A DNA stretch of 64,000 nucleotides from an uncultured Myxococcales bacterium (GTDB lineage Bacteria > Myxococcota_A > UBA9042), in contig CAIXGW010000063.1 in NCBI GenBank assembly GCA_903919145.1, positions 8,253 through 72,252 on the forward strand, read 5' to 3'. Made by a program: the position numbers and the translations under genes. How positions within the stretch are numbered: the stretch's first letter is position 1; every line of letters starts with the position of its first letter. Shown piece after piece: positions 1 through 9,121 of the stretch. The notes beneath the pieces are model-generated. The model searched no databases, was not told where the DNA came from, and saw only the letters and a program-made list of their open reading frames with translations.

Positions 1-1531
1 GCTGGCCGTGGCGCAAGCGGTCGGCGCCGTCAAAGCCCCAGCGCATCGCCGAGTCCTCTATCATCTCTCTCAGGACGCCCAGATCCTCAGACTCTAGGCC
101 AAAACGCTGCCGCACCGGGGCCAGCTGCAGCAGGTCGACCAGCCGCGGCGCCGTGGCCCGCTCGCCCGCCAGCGCCACCGCCGCGACCAACGCTTCTGCC
201 ACAGGGTTGGCAGCGGTGATGCCCATGTCGGCGATTTCAACGGGTAGCGGCGGAGTTCTTGCAGGTTGACCCGGCCCGGCACCGGCGGACGGCGGCTCCG
301 CCCGGGCAAACACCGCAGACACCAGCGGCGCAAAGGTCGCCACGTCTGGGGTCATGACCAGGATGTCGCGCGGCATCAGCTGCGGGTGGCGCACCATCAG
401 CCGCAGCAGCTGATCGCGCAGCACCTCGACCTGGCGCAAGGGCCCGTGGGTGCTGTGAAATTGCAGGCTCTCATCGCTGGGCCACGGCGCCTGCTCGGGC
501 GAGCGCGGGGCTCCGGCCTGCACCACCCACTGCTGGAGCTGTTGCAGCAGGGTCCCGGGCTGTGCATCGGCCGGCTGCGGGGCGGGCGTGTCTGGGTCGG
601 TGTAGCCAAATTCCTCCAGTCTGGCCTGCAAGAACTGGCTGGGCTGCCCCAGGCTGGCCAGCAGCGGATTCTGGTTGGCTAGGTCCTGCAGGGTCTGATC
701 GAGCTCCTCGTCTTGGCGGGCGTGGCGCAGCGCTTGGGCGGCCTGGCGGGGCCCGCGGACGTCTTGCCACCATTCCTGAGACGGCGCCAGCAGATACAAA
801 TGCACCGTCAGGTGCTTGGCGATGTGCTCCAGGCGCAGCAGCTCGCCCAGGCCCAGGGTAGACAGGCCAAATACGTGCAGCTGGCGCCCGGTGTCCAGGC
901 CGCCGCGGCGGTTCAATTCGCTCAGCAGCTCCAGCCGCGCCGCTGGGTCCTCTGCCTGCAGGTCCCGTCGCAGGTGCTGGAGCAAATCGGCCAGCCAAGC
1001 GTGCTCTGGCGGGGCGCTGGCCGGCCAGGTCGCAGTCTCTAGCGGCCGCTCGTGCAGCAGCCGGTCCAGGGTATCGGCGACTTGGCGGGCAAACTGGTAT
1101 TCCCTAGCCATGACGGGGGCATGGGGGTCCGCCGCCTGGCCGTAGCCCAAGTAGCGCGTCACCGCTTGGTAGGCTTCAGCGCCGGCCTGGGCGCGCAGCA
1201 GCGGCACGACCTTGAGGGTCAGGGCGTCAGCCTGCCAAGGATCAGCCACCGCTGCCTGGGTCTGCCAGAACGGCGCGCGCGGGGGCCGCTGCGGGTCCAG
1301 CAGCCAGCTGATCGCCCCCTCTAATGCCTGACGCGGAAAGGGAAAAGCCAGCCCGGCGGCAATGCCCAGCTGCTCGGCCAGGCGGTGCTTGAGCCAGCGC
1401 TCCATGCCGCGGCTGCCCACCACAATCGGCACCGCCTCAAACGGGTCGGCCGGCCAATGGGCTTGCAGCTGCGCGGCCAGAACCTGCAGCAGGTCTTCGG
1501 TGCGGGGGGATCGGTGCAGGACCAGCGCCAC
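1..1531 (-). CDS. recC: RecC-like exodeoxyribonuclease V gamma subunit, N-terminal portion; the C-terminus lies beyond the window start
   Basis: This minus-strand frame is absent from the ORF track because it has no stop inside the window. It is open from position 1 up to a GTG at 1529-1531, preceded by AAGGAGG. GC3 is high throughout. The translation VALVLHRSPRTEDLLQVLAAQLQ..PIVVGSRGMERWLKHRLAEQLGIAAGLAFPF parallels the E. coli RecC N-terminus (MFTVYHSNQLDLL..VQSPGMAQWLQ..GIAANIDFPLP). A later AMRWGFDGADRLR segment matches RecC IRWGLDDDN. Confidence 0.7.
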   Translation of the reverse strand, partial: MALVLHRSPRTEDLLQVLAAQLQAHWPADPFEAVPIVVGSRGMERWLKHRLAEQLGIAAGLAFPFPRQALEGAISWLLDPQRPPRAPFWQTQAAVADPWQADALTLKVVPLLRAQAGAEAYQAVTRYLGYGQAADPHAPVMAREYQFARQVADTLDRLLHERPLETATWPASAPPEHAWLADLLQHLRRDLQAEDPAARLELLSELNRRGGLDTGRQLHVFGLSTLGLGELLRLEHIAKHLTVHLYLLAPSQEWWQDVRGPRQAAQALRHARQDEELDQTLQDLANQNPLLASLGQPSQFLQARLEEFGYTDPDTPAPQPADAQPGTLLQQLQQWVVQAGAPRSPEQAPWPSDESLQFHSTHGPLRQVEVLRDQLLRLMVRHPQLMPRDILVMTPDVATFAPLVSAVFARAEPPSAGAGPGQPARTPPLPVEIADMGITAANPVAEALVAAVALAGERATAPRLVDLLQLAPVRQRFGLESEDLGVLREMIEDSAMRWGFDGADRLRHGQ

Positions 1532-1636
1532 GGCAGCCTCCTTGAGAGGCCCGAGGATAGGGGCTGGGATCGGCAGCGGCAAGGTCGGCGGTGGGCGGCG
1601 GTGGTGGTATGCGACAACGGCTGTCGCGTGGCGACC

Positions 1637-2881
1637 TCAAGGCTTGCCGCAGTCTTCCGGGCAGTTGCACGGATTCTCTTTGCCGTCGCATTTGCCGTCG
1701 CCGCACGCCAGGCAGACCTTGCACATGCACTTGAGCGGCTGGCAGGTCTTGCCGTCCCAGCCGACCTCGTCGCGCGCGACGGTGCCGGGGCAGCATTGGC
1801 CGATTTCTCCAGGCTCTGTCCACCCTTCTCCTGCCTTCTTGCACAGCTTGATGGCGACGCACTTCTTCCACGGCTCGGGGTCGCACTTCCACTGGCCGGT
1901 GGCGCAGTTGGCCCAGGTAATAAGGCCAGTGCAGTCGGAGTACCAGCCCTCTGACTTGGAGCCGATCTTGTCGCAATTGGCGTTGCAGCCCATGCACTTG
2001 CCAAGCTTGATCATGGCTTTGGAGCACGAGTCCACCCAGCCTTCTTGGCCGGCGCTGTCGTACCCACAGGTCGGCTGGCAGGGGCCGTTAGAGGGGGCGC
2101 ACTGGCAGAACTGCGGCGTTTCGCCGGCTTTGCAGGTGTAGCTTGCCTCTGCGCCGGCTTTGCAGCTGGTGGTCTTGCAGGTCGCTGCGCCGCTGCAGTC
2201 CCAGTTGGCGTCGCAGGAATCCTGCCACAATTCGCCGCCGGTGCAGCCATCTAGCCAGGCCTGTGGGCTGCTCCAGCCGGGTGAACACGCCAGCGCACAT
2301 CCTTTGCAGGCGGCGGGCTTCTTGGCGCCGGTGCAGGGGTTAAGCCAGGCGGTCGATCCGTCGGCGGCGGTTTGGCAAATTGGCTGGCACGGCGGGGCTT
2401 TGCAGGTGCACATCGGCGCAGTGGAGCCGTCTGGGCACGGCATGTCTAGCTTCTGGCCGGGGATGCAGGTTTGGGGGCAGCCGTACTCAGGATGGTCCAT
2501 GCATTCCAGGCCTTTGGCGGTGCAGAGACACCACGGAAAGGCCATTGCGTTGGTCGGGCAGCCGAAGAACTTGGCGGCGGCGGCATCACAACTGGCTGTG
2601 TCAGCTGCAGTATCGGCTGCAGTGTCGACGTCGGTGTCGACGTCGGTGTCGATGGCGGTATCGGCTGCTACCTCAGGTGCGACGTCGGCGAGGGTGTCGG
2701 CGGCGACGTCGCTCGTGGCATCGACGGCAGTGTCGGCCCCGGCGTCGGCGTCGGTCGCGGCATCAGCAGCACTATCGCCCGCCACATCAGCTACGGCGAC
2801 GGTCGCAGGCGGCACAGTTTCAGGGCCGCAGGCCGCGACCAGGCCCACTCCTACCAGGCAGATCCACTGCAGTATTCGCAT
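1637..2881 (-). CDS. Cys-rich secreted lipoprotein with an Asp/Thr/Ala-rich linker and a myxobacterial-type Cys repeat (CxxCGDGxC..NPCNCPEDC)
   Basis: ATG at 2879-2881 (MRILQWICLVGVGLVAACGP, lipobox LVAAC) with GAGGG 5 nt upstream. About 50 Cys in the mature part. It ends 18 bp before the P-type ATPase stop, on the same strand, so it is probably co-transcribed. Confidence 0.7.
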   Translation of the reverse strand: MRILQWICLVGVGLVAACGPETVPPATVAVADVAGDSAADAATDADAGADTAVDATSDVAADTLADVAPEVAADTAIDTDVDTDVDTAADTAADTASCDAAAAKFFGCPTNAMAFPWCLCTAKGLECMDHPEYGCPQTCIPGQKLDMPCPDGSTAPMCTCKAPPCQPICQTAADGSTAWLNPCTGAKKPAACKGCALACSPGWSSPQAWLDGCTGGELWQDSCDANWDCSGAATCKTTSCKAGAEASYTCKAGETPQFCQCAPSNGPCQPTCGYDSAGQEGWVDSCSKAMIKLGKCMGCNANCDKIGSKSEGWYSDCTGLITWANCATGQWKCDPEPWKKCVAIKLCKKAGEGWTEPGEIGQCCPGTVARDEVGWDGKTCQPLKCMCKVCLACGDGKCDGKENPCNCPEDCGKP

Positions 2882-2900
2882 CTTGCCCTCTTTGCCGCCT

Positions 2901-5660
2901 TCAAGACTGCGGCACGCGATCGATCTGGCCAAACCAGCCCTTGCGCTCCATCCACTTGGCCAGCTCCAGGACGGGGATGACCGAGGCGGCGGCGGCGGTG
3001 GTGGCGACCCACTCCAGCGGTGTCAGGTCGCTCAGGCCAAACACCTCCTGCAGGGCGGGAATATGCAACAACGCCATCATCAAAACCAATTCCCAGCCCA
3101 CCGCCAGGTTGAGCCAGCGGTTGGCAAAGGGCCTGACAAAAGTAGACAGCCGGTCAGAGCGGAACGAATAAGCCTTGAAGAACTGCACCAGCACCAGCGA
3201 GAGAAAAGCCATGGTCATGGCATGTTGCAGACCGTGGCCGCGGCTGAGGGCCCAGTAGAACAGGCCCAGGTTGACCAGCGTGGACCACAGGCCGCCGGTC
3301 AGCATCAGCGTGACCACCGGCCGGGTAAAGATGCCTTGCTTGGGATCGCGCGGCGGCCGCTGCATCAGGTCGGGCTCGGGCGGATCCAGGGCCAGGGCCA
3401 GCGCCGGCAGGCCATCGGTGGCCAGGTTGACATATAACAACTGGACAGCTGACAAAGGCAACGGCCAGCCGAGCAGGCTCGCCACCGTCATCAGCCCCAT
3501 CTCGCCAATGTTGGAAGACAGCAGATACATCAGGTATTTCTTGATATTGCCATAGATCGCTCGGCCTTCCTCCACCGCCGCCACGATCGACGCAAAGTTG
3601 TCATCGGTCAGGGTCATCGCCGCGGCTTCTTTGGAGACGTCGGTGCCGGTGATGCCCATGGCGATGCCGATGTCGGCTTTCTTGAGCGCTGGCGCATCGT
3701 TGACGCCGTCGCCGGTCATCGCCACCACCGCGCCGCGCTGCTGCAGGGCCTGCACCACCCGCAGCTTGTCGGCCGGCGAGACGCGGGCAAAGACCTCAAT
3801 GGTATGAACTTTTTCTGCCAGCTCCTGGTCGCTCAGCGCCGCCAGCTCTGGGCCGGCCATCACCTCGCCTTGGCGCAGCAGGCCCAGCTCGCGCGCCACG
3901 GCTTGCGCAGTCAGGGGATGGTCGCCGGTGATCATCACCACCCGCACCCCCGCTTCGTGGCACAGGGCAATCGCCGCCTTGGCCTCGGCGCGCGGCGGGT
4001 CGAGCATGCCCACCAGGCCCAGCAACGTCAGGTCGCAGTGGATGTTGTCGCGGGTGGCCTGCTCTCTGCGCACGATCGCCAGAACCCGCAGCGCCTGCAA
4101 GGCCATCTGCTTGGCACCGCTCAGGATGCGCTGGCGGTCGTGGTCGGTAAGCGGCAGCAGCTGCCCGTCGACGCCCAGGGCCTGGGTACACTGCGGCAGC
4201 AGCATCTCTGGCGCGCCCTTGATGCAGGCAAAGCGCCCGGCTGGCCCGTCGTGAAAGGTGGTCATCCGCTTGGATTCAGAGGTGAAGGGGATCTCATCGA
4301 CCCGCGGCGAATCCTGATGAACCTTGGCCTTTTCGATTCCCGCCTTGCCCGCCGCGACCAGCAGAGCGCCTTCGGTCGGATCGCCGTGCAGCTGATCCTG
4401 GCCACCGGCCTCGCCAGGCTCAAAGCGCGCATCAGAGGCCAGCACCGCCGCCGTCAGCAGCGCCTCCAGCTGCTCACTGGCCACTACGGCTTGGCCATCC
4501 AAAAGGAATTCGCCCTCTGCGCCATAGCCGGCGCCGGTCACTTGCAGCTCGGTGCCGTGCATCAGGATCGCCCGCACCGTCATCTCATCGCGGGTCAGCG
4601 TGCCGGTCTTGTCAGAACAAATCACCGAGGTGCTGCCCAGGGTTTCCGCCGCCGCCAGGCGCCGCACCAGCGCGTTGCGCTTGACCAGCCGCTGTACGCC
4701 AATCGCCAGCGAGATCGTCACCACCGCCGGCAGCGCCTCAGGCACCACCGCCACCGCCAGGGCAATGCCAAAGATCAGCAGCTCGGTCAGCGGCTGGCCG
4801 CGCCACAGCCCCAGCAGCACGATGCCGGCCACCAGCACCAGGGCAGCGCGCACCAGCTGCTTGCCCACCCGGTCCAGGCTGGTCTGCAGCGGCGTCTGGT
4901 TCTGCACCACTTCGCCAAGCATCCCTGCAATCTTGCCAAGCTCTGTGTCCAGCCCGGTCGCCGATACCACCGCCCGGCCGCGGCCATAGGTCACCGCCGT
5001 GGCGGCGTGCACCATGTTGCGGCGGTCGCCCAGGGGCAGCCCAGAGCCCAGCGGTTGACTGTGCTTCTCTGCCGGCACCGACTCGCCGGTCAGCGCCGCC
5101 TCTTCGGCTTGCAGATTGACCGACTCCAGCAGCCGGCAGTCCGCGGGCACCCGATCGCCAGCGGCCAGCAGCACCACGTCGCCGGGCACCAGCTCGCGGG
5201 CGGGCAGGCGCATTTCGCGGCCGTCGCGCAGCACCGTCGCCAGGGGGGCCGCCATCTCGCGCAGCGACTCAAGAGAGCGCTCTGCTCTAAATTCCTGAAT
5301 GAACCCAAGGATTACTGCGAATACGATGATCGCCGTGATCGCCACCGCTTCGGCCGTGTGCCCCAGGGCGATCGACAGGGCCACCGCCACCATCAGCACG
5401 ATCAGCAACACGTTCTTGAACTGGGCCGCCAGCACCGCCCAGGCCGAAACCCGCTGGGCCGTGGCGAGCTCGTTCCAGCCGTAGCGAAGGCGGCGCTGTT
5501 CCACCTCGGCGGTCGTCAGGCCCTCAGGGCGCGACTGCAATTGCTGCAAGGCAGCGTCTACCGACAGAGAGTGGGGCGGCAGGAGCGGAGGCAGCTCGGG
5601 ACCAGCCGGGGCTCTTGCAGCAACAGGTTGAGAGGCCACGGGATTCTCCTTGTGCAACAC
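2901..5660 (-). CDS. Cation-transporting P-type ATPase (P2-type, Ca2+/Mg2+-like)
   Basis: 919 aa. It carries the phosphorylation motif CSDKTGTLT, the TGES actuator motif, PEALP in TM4, and the hinge MTGDGVNDAPALKKADIGIAMG. About 10 TM segments. Confidence 0.9.
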   Translation of the reverse strand: MLHKENPVASQPVAARAPAGPELPPLLPPHSLSVDAALQQLQSRPEGLTTAEVEQRRLRYGWNELATAQRVSAWAVLAAQFKNVLLIVLMVAVALSIALGHTAEAVAITAIIVFAVILGFIQEFRAERSLESLREMAAPLATVLRDGREMRLPARELVPGDVVLLAAGDRVPADCRLLESVNLQAEEAALTGESVPAEKHSQPLGSGLPLGDRRNMVHAATAVTYGRGRAVVSATGLDTELGKIAGMLGEVVQNQTPLQTSLDRVGKQLVRAALVLVAGIVLLGLWRGQPLTELLIFGIALAVAVVPEALPAVVTISLAIGVQRLVKRNALVRRLAAAETLGSTSVICSDKTGTLTRDEMTVRAILMHGTELQVTGAGYGAEGEFLLDGQAVVASEQLEALLTAAVLASDARFEPGEAGGQDQLHGDPTEGALLVAAGKAGIEKAKVHQDSPRVDEIPFTSESKRMTTFHDGPAGRFACIKGAPEMLLPQCTQALGVDGQLLPLTDHDRQRILSGAKQMALQALRVLAIVRREQATRDNIHCDLTLLGLVGMLDPPRAEAKAAIALCHEAGVRVVMITGDHPLTAQAVARELGLLRQGEVMAGPELAALSDQELAEKVHTIEVFARVSPADKLRVVQALQQRGAVVAMTGDGVNDAPALKKADIGIAMGITGTDVSKEAAAMTLTDDNFASIVAAVEEGRAIYGNIKKYLMYLLSSNIGEMGLMTVASLLGWPLPLSAVQLLYVNLATDGLPALALALDPPEPDLMQRPPRDPKQGIFTRPVVTLMLTGGLWSTLVNLGLFYWALSRGHGLQHAMTMAFLSLVLVQFFKAYSFRSDRLSTFVRPFANRWLNLAVGWELVLMMALLHIPALQEVFGLSDLTPLEWVATTAAAASVIPVLELAKWMERKGWFGQIDRVPQS

Positions 5661-5717
5661 CAGCTAAGGCGGCTCCCTACGGGCAAGCTAGGCGGGCAGC
5701 AAGGCGCGGTCAATGGC

Positions 5718-5746
5718 TGGACAGCTGAACACATGTTCAGTATAGT
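5718..5746 (+). promoter_or_regulatory. Sigma-70-like promoter (-35 TGGACA, 17 bp spacer, -10 TATAGT) for imuA-imuB, with a LexA operator in the spacer
   Basis: TGGACA is at 5718-5723 and TATAGT at 5741-5746. The ATG at 5753 lies 7 nt past the -10, which implies a leaderless transcript. Confidence 0.55.
5725..5740. promoter_or_regulatory. LexA (SOS) box CTGAACACATGTTCAG, a perfect 16 bp palindrome of the GAAC-N4-GTTC type
   Basis: Perfect inverted repeat. It matches 15 of 17 positions of the published Myxococcus LexA consensus CTRHAMRYBYGTTCAGS and fits the GAAC-N4-GTTC Cheo-box class. It sits directly upstream of an imuA-imuB cassette. Confidence 0.75.
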
Positions 5747-5752
5747 GACGGC

Positions 5753-6646
5753 ATGAGCGCTCTTGCCAACCTGAACAAGTCCCCACTGCCCCCACGGCCC
5801 ACGGCTCCGACTGGGCTGGACAGAACTGAGCTGGGCAGGAATGAGCTGGGCAGGAATGAGCTGGGTAGGAATGAGCCGGATAGGAAGGAGCAGGGCAGGA
5901 ATGAGCCGGAAATCCTGAGCCGCGAAAGCCGCTTGGATGACCTGCGCCACCGCCTCAAAGGGATGCCCGGTGGGCAGATGACCAGCGCCCAGGGCAGCAC
6001 TCAGGGCAGGGTGACCCTTGCAGAAGAGGGTATTTCTCCAGAGGAATTGGCCGGCCGCCTGATCGAGGTCAGCGATCCAGGGCAGGGGGCGGATCAGCTG
6101 GGGGCCTCGACCTCTTGGGCCGCCGCGCGGGTGGCAGAGGCCCATCGGCGGGGAGACACGGCCGCGTGGATCTTGTGCAGTGCAGACGATGCCAGGCGCG
6201 GCCAGCCCTATCCACCGGATCTGGCAGAGCAAGGCATTGACCTGGCCGCCCTGCCCATCGTGTGTGCCCGCGACGGCCCGGCGGTGCTGCATGCCGCGGA
6301 TGTGCTGCTGCGCTCAGGAGGTTTTGGCCTGGTCATTGCCGAGTGGCCCCACGGGGTAGATCGCCCCTCTGAGGGGGCGCTGGGGCGGCTGCTGGGCCTG
6401 TGCCAAAAGCACGACGCGGCGCTGCTGTGGCTGACCGACGGCAGCCAAACCGCCGAGGGCGGGCGGATGGGCTCCCTGATTTCGCTGCGCTTGGAGGCGG
6501 GGCGCCAGCCCTACCAGCCGGATCGCGGTGCAGACCGGCTGGGGCCTGGGCTGCTGCGCTTGAAGCTGACCGTCCGCAAAGACAAACGCCAGGGCCCCGG
6601 CCGCACCAGCCTGGAGCTGCGCCGCGCCCCCCTGGGGATCTGGTGA
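5753..6646 (+). CDS. imuA: ImuA-like SOS mutagenesis protein (RecA/SulA-fold, inactive)
   Basis: It follows a LexA box and precedes imuB with a GTGA overlap. The C-terminal 200 aa (AAWILCSADDARRG..GFGLVIAEWP..ALLWLTD..LLRLKLTVRKDKRQG) resemble ImuA. The start is uncertain: leaderless ATG at 5753 or the internal Met at 5963. The N-terminal region contains an (L/P/Q)(G/D)R(N/K)E pentapeptide repeat. Confidence 0.65.
   Translation: MSALANLNKSPLPPRPTAPTGLDRTELGRNELGRNELGRNEPDRKEQGRNEPEILSRESRLDDLRHRLKGMPGGQMTSAQGSTQGRVTLAEEGISPEELAGRLIEVSDPGQGADQLGASTSWAAARVAEAHRRGDTAAWILCSADDARRGQPYPPDLAEQGIDLAALPIVCARDGPAVLHAADVLLRSGGFGLVIAEWPHGVDRPSEGALGRLLGLCQKHDAALLWLTDGSQTAEGGRMGSLISLRLEAGRQPYQPDRGADRLGPGLLRLKLTVRKDKRQGPGRTSLELRRAPLGIW
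5816..5905 (+). repeat. Six tandem copies of a 15 bp unit CTGGGCAGGAATGAG inside the imuA 5' region
   Basis: Direct reading: ctggacagaactgag / ctgggcaggaatgag x2 / ctgggtaggaatgag / ccggataggaaggag / cagggcaggaatgag. The period is 15 bp, so the repeat stays in frame. Confidence 0.85.
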
Positions 6647-8313
6647 ATTCTACAGAACAAAGCCCTCTCCCTGGCCCAGCTCCAGGGCTGGCATGCGCCT
6701 ATCTGCCTCACTTTGCCCTGCAATTGCTGGGGCGCCGCGACCCGGCCTGCCTGCAGCACCCCGCGGTGGTGGTGAGCGAGGATCGTCCGCAAGGGCTGGT
6801 GCGCGAAGCCAATCGCCTGGCCCAAGCCGCGCGGATCCTGCCGGGGATGCGCTATGCCGCGGCGCTGGCCCTGTGCGCCGACCTGCGCGCTGGCGTCATC
6901 GAAGAAGAGCAAGAGCTTGCCGCCGCTGGCGAATTGGTCGAGCGGTTGCGCCGCCTGTCGCCGCGGATCGAGCCAAGCTCAGAAGAGCCCGGCGTCTTCT
7001 GGCTCGACACTTCTGGCCTAAGCGGGCTGTGGCCAGACCTGCAGCGCTGGGCCGAAGCCGTGCGCGACGAGCTGGCGGTGGCTGGCCTGGTCGGCGCGGT
7101 GGCCATAGGCTGGTCGCGCTTTGCCGTCTATGCGATAGCCCGCCAGCTGCGCGGGGTGTTGCTGCTGGCTGATCCTCAAGAAGAAGCCCAGCGGCTGGCC
7201 CAGGTGCGGCTGGCGGCGCTAGGTGCAGCACTGGGTCTGCCCCCAGGCCTGCGCGACACCCTGGCGCTGCTGGGCATCCACACCCTGGGCCAGTTCTTGC
7301 GCCTGCCGCCTGAAGATTTGCGAGAGCGCTACGGCAAACCTGCCTGGCTGCTGCACTGCCGCGCCCGCGACCAGCTGACCGAGCCGCTGCGCCCCGACCT
7401 GCCAGCGCCGCCGCTGCAGCTGCACCGCGACGTGGAGCCCCCCGACGACCAGCGCGATCGCCTGCTGTTTATCGCCAAAGGGCTGCTGGTAGAGCTGCTG
7501 AAAACCGCAGCAGCGCAGCACAATTCCGTTGCCGTGCTGCACCTGCGGCTAGAGCTGGAGCGGCCATGGCGCAACCGCCAGCGCGACAGCTCCGCCCCGG
7601 CGCCCCGCCGCGACAGCGCTACGCCGCCTGGGCTGCCTGACGCTCAACTTATCAATACACAAGTACAAACTGCCGAGCCCAGCCTCTATGAGCCCCAGTG
7701 GATCGACCTGCTGCGGCTGCGCCTGGACGCCCTGGTGTTGCCGGCGCGGGTAGAGCGCTTGGGCCTGCGGGCCCAAGTGGTGCCGGCCACCGCCCATCAG
7801 CTGCGGCTGTGGCAATTGCTGGCCGAAGCGGGGGGGCTGGCGCGCCGCGACCTGCTGGCGGCCACAGAGGCTTTGACCAAGCTTGGCGCGGCCTTGGGCG
7901 ACCACGCCGTGCTGCGCGCTGAGCCGCGGCCGGCCCATCTGCCAGAAGCGCGCTTTCGCTGGCTGCCCTGGCAGGGCCCTCTGCCGGCGGCGCGGGTGCC
8001 CCAGCCCCAGGATCAGCTGCCAACTCAACACTCTGCCCAGCTATTGCCGCCGCGCCCGCTGATGCGCCGCTGGTTCAGCAAGCCGCAGCCGCTGCCCTCG
8101 CGGCCCAAGCACGAGCCCGACGGCTGGCTGCTCGCCGACTGGCGGCAGGGGGCCGTTGCCAAGCTGTGGGGACCGTTCAAGCTTTCTGGAGGTTGGTGGA
8201 CCCGCGAGGTGCGCCGCGACTACTGGTACGTCTTGACCGAGCGCGGCGACCTGCTGTGGGTCTTTTACGACCACGTGCGCAAGCTATGGTTTCTGCAAGG
8301 CATTGTCAGCTAG
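6643..8313 (+). CDS. imuB: ImuB, a Y-family DNA polymerase-like protein
   Basis: GTG at 6643 overlaps the imuA stop (GTGA). The N-terminus ACAYLPHFALQLL..AVVVSED.. is the DinB/ImuB-type palm start, with a long non-catalytic C-terminal extension. 556 aa. Confidence 0.8.
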   Translation: MNSTEQSPLPGPAPGLACAYLPHFALQLLGRRDPACLQHPAVVVSEDRPQGLVREANRLAQAARILPGMRYAAALALCADLRAGVIEEEQELAAAGELVERLRRLSPRIEPSSEEPGVFWLDTSGLSGLWPDLQRWAEAVRDELAVAGLVGAVAIGWSRFAVYAIARQLRGVLLLADPQEEAQRLAQVRLAALGAALGLPPGLRDTLALLGIHTLGQFLRLPPEDLRERYGKPAWLLHCRARDQLTEPLRPDLPAPPLQLHRDVEPPDDQRDRLLFIAKGLLVELLKTAAAQHNSVAVLHLRLELERPWRNRQRDSSAPAPRRDSATPPGLPDAQLINTQVQTAEPSLYEPQWIDLLRLRLDALVLPARVERLGLRAQVVPATAHQLRLWQLLAEAGGLARRDLLAATEALTKLGAALGDHAVLRAEPRPAHLPEARFRWLPWQGPLPAARVPQPQDQLPTQHSAQLLPPRPLMRRWFSKPQPLPSRPKHEPDGWLLADWRQGAVAKLWGPFKLSGGWWTREVRRDYWYVLTERGDLLWVFYDHVRKLWFLQGIVS

Positions 8314-8429
8314 AGGCGCGTTCCATCCACGGGTTCTCCAGGCCATTCAACCCTGGAAATCGCCGCGGCAAGTCGCTGGAGGCAGTCGCTTGCGCCCCAC
8401 AGCACAGCAAGACGCCTTGCCCGGCAGGA

Positions 8430-8993
8430 CTACTTCTTGACTTCGCCTTTCTTGTCATCGCAGTCGCCGCCGCAGTCACCGGGGCAGTCGGGCTTGGCCG
8501 GTGGCGCCTTGCTGGCGTACTTTTCGGGCTCGGCGTCAAACTTCTTCTTGCAGCCGGGGCAGCAGAAAGCATAGGTCTTGCCCGTGTACTCGGACTTGGG
8601 CGACTCAGCCGTGGCCACAAACTTCTCGCCGCTGATGACACAGGTCACTTCGCCAGCCGCCGCAGCTGGTGCCGCAGCCGGAGCCGCCGGAGCCGCAGCT
8701 GGTGCCGCAGCGGCCGCCTTCATGTACTTGGCCGGATCGGCGTCAAACTTGCCCTTGCAGCCGGGGCAGCAGAAGTAGACCTTCTTGCCCTCGTACACAG
8801 AGAACTGCGAGTCCTTGGTTGGCTTGAACTTTTCGCCCATTACCGGGCAGGTGGCTTCTTCGGGAAGGGGCTCGCCCGCAACAGCCGGAGCTTCTTCTGC
8901 CTTGGTCTGAGCGCCACCGCAGCCCGTCGCAACGGCCGCCACCAACATCACCTGGGCGAACAACAGCGCCCCCGCCTGGAAGAATCTGTGCAT
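8430..8993 (-). CDS. Lipoprotein with two YHS/TRASH-type metal-binding domains
   Basis: ATG at 8991-8993 (MHRFFQAGALLFAQVMLVAAVATGC, lipobox) with GGAG upstream. There are two CPVMGEKF..YFCCPGCKGKFDADPAKY-like modules, a poly-Ala/Pro linker, and a Cys/Asp-rich tail. Confidence 0.7.
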   Translation of the reverse strand: MHRFFQAGALLFAQVMLVAAVATGCGGAQTKAEEAPAVAGEPLPEEATCPVMGEKFKPTKDSQFSVYEGKKVYFCCPGCKGKFDADPAKYMKAAAAAPAAAPAAPAAAPAAAAGEVTCVISGEKFVATAESPKSEYTGKTYAFCCPGCKKKFDAEPEKYASKAPPAKPDCPGDCGGDCDDKKGEVKK

Positions 8994-9121
8994 ACAAGGC
9001 TCCGGGCGGCGCAATTCAGTGGCCGCACGCCCCGAGCATAGAGCACAACCCAGCGGCAGCGAAACCCGCTCTTGCAAGGAGATTGTCACAGCTCAGCGCC
9101 GCAACCCCGGGACCGCAGCCA

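Noticed and set aside
3804-5756. 650 aa plus-strand ORF, and similarly 13205-14584, 14888-16036, 22432-24384, 25844-27004, 38779-40191(-), 18159-19142(-), 62528-63481(-) and 61721-62779(+)
   Set aside because: These are antisense or alternative-frame ORFs overlapping well-supported genes. They have Arg/Gly/His/Gln-heavy or Ala/Arg/Pro-heavy low-complexity translations and no motifs. They are typical open-frame artefacts of about 70% GC DNA.
8314-9121. dnaE2/imuC immediately after imuB
   Set aside because: The segment instead holds a YHS lipoprotein gene on the opposite strand, then cysK. No polymerase-III alpha-like frame exists anywhere in the window.
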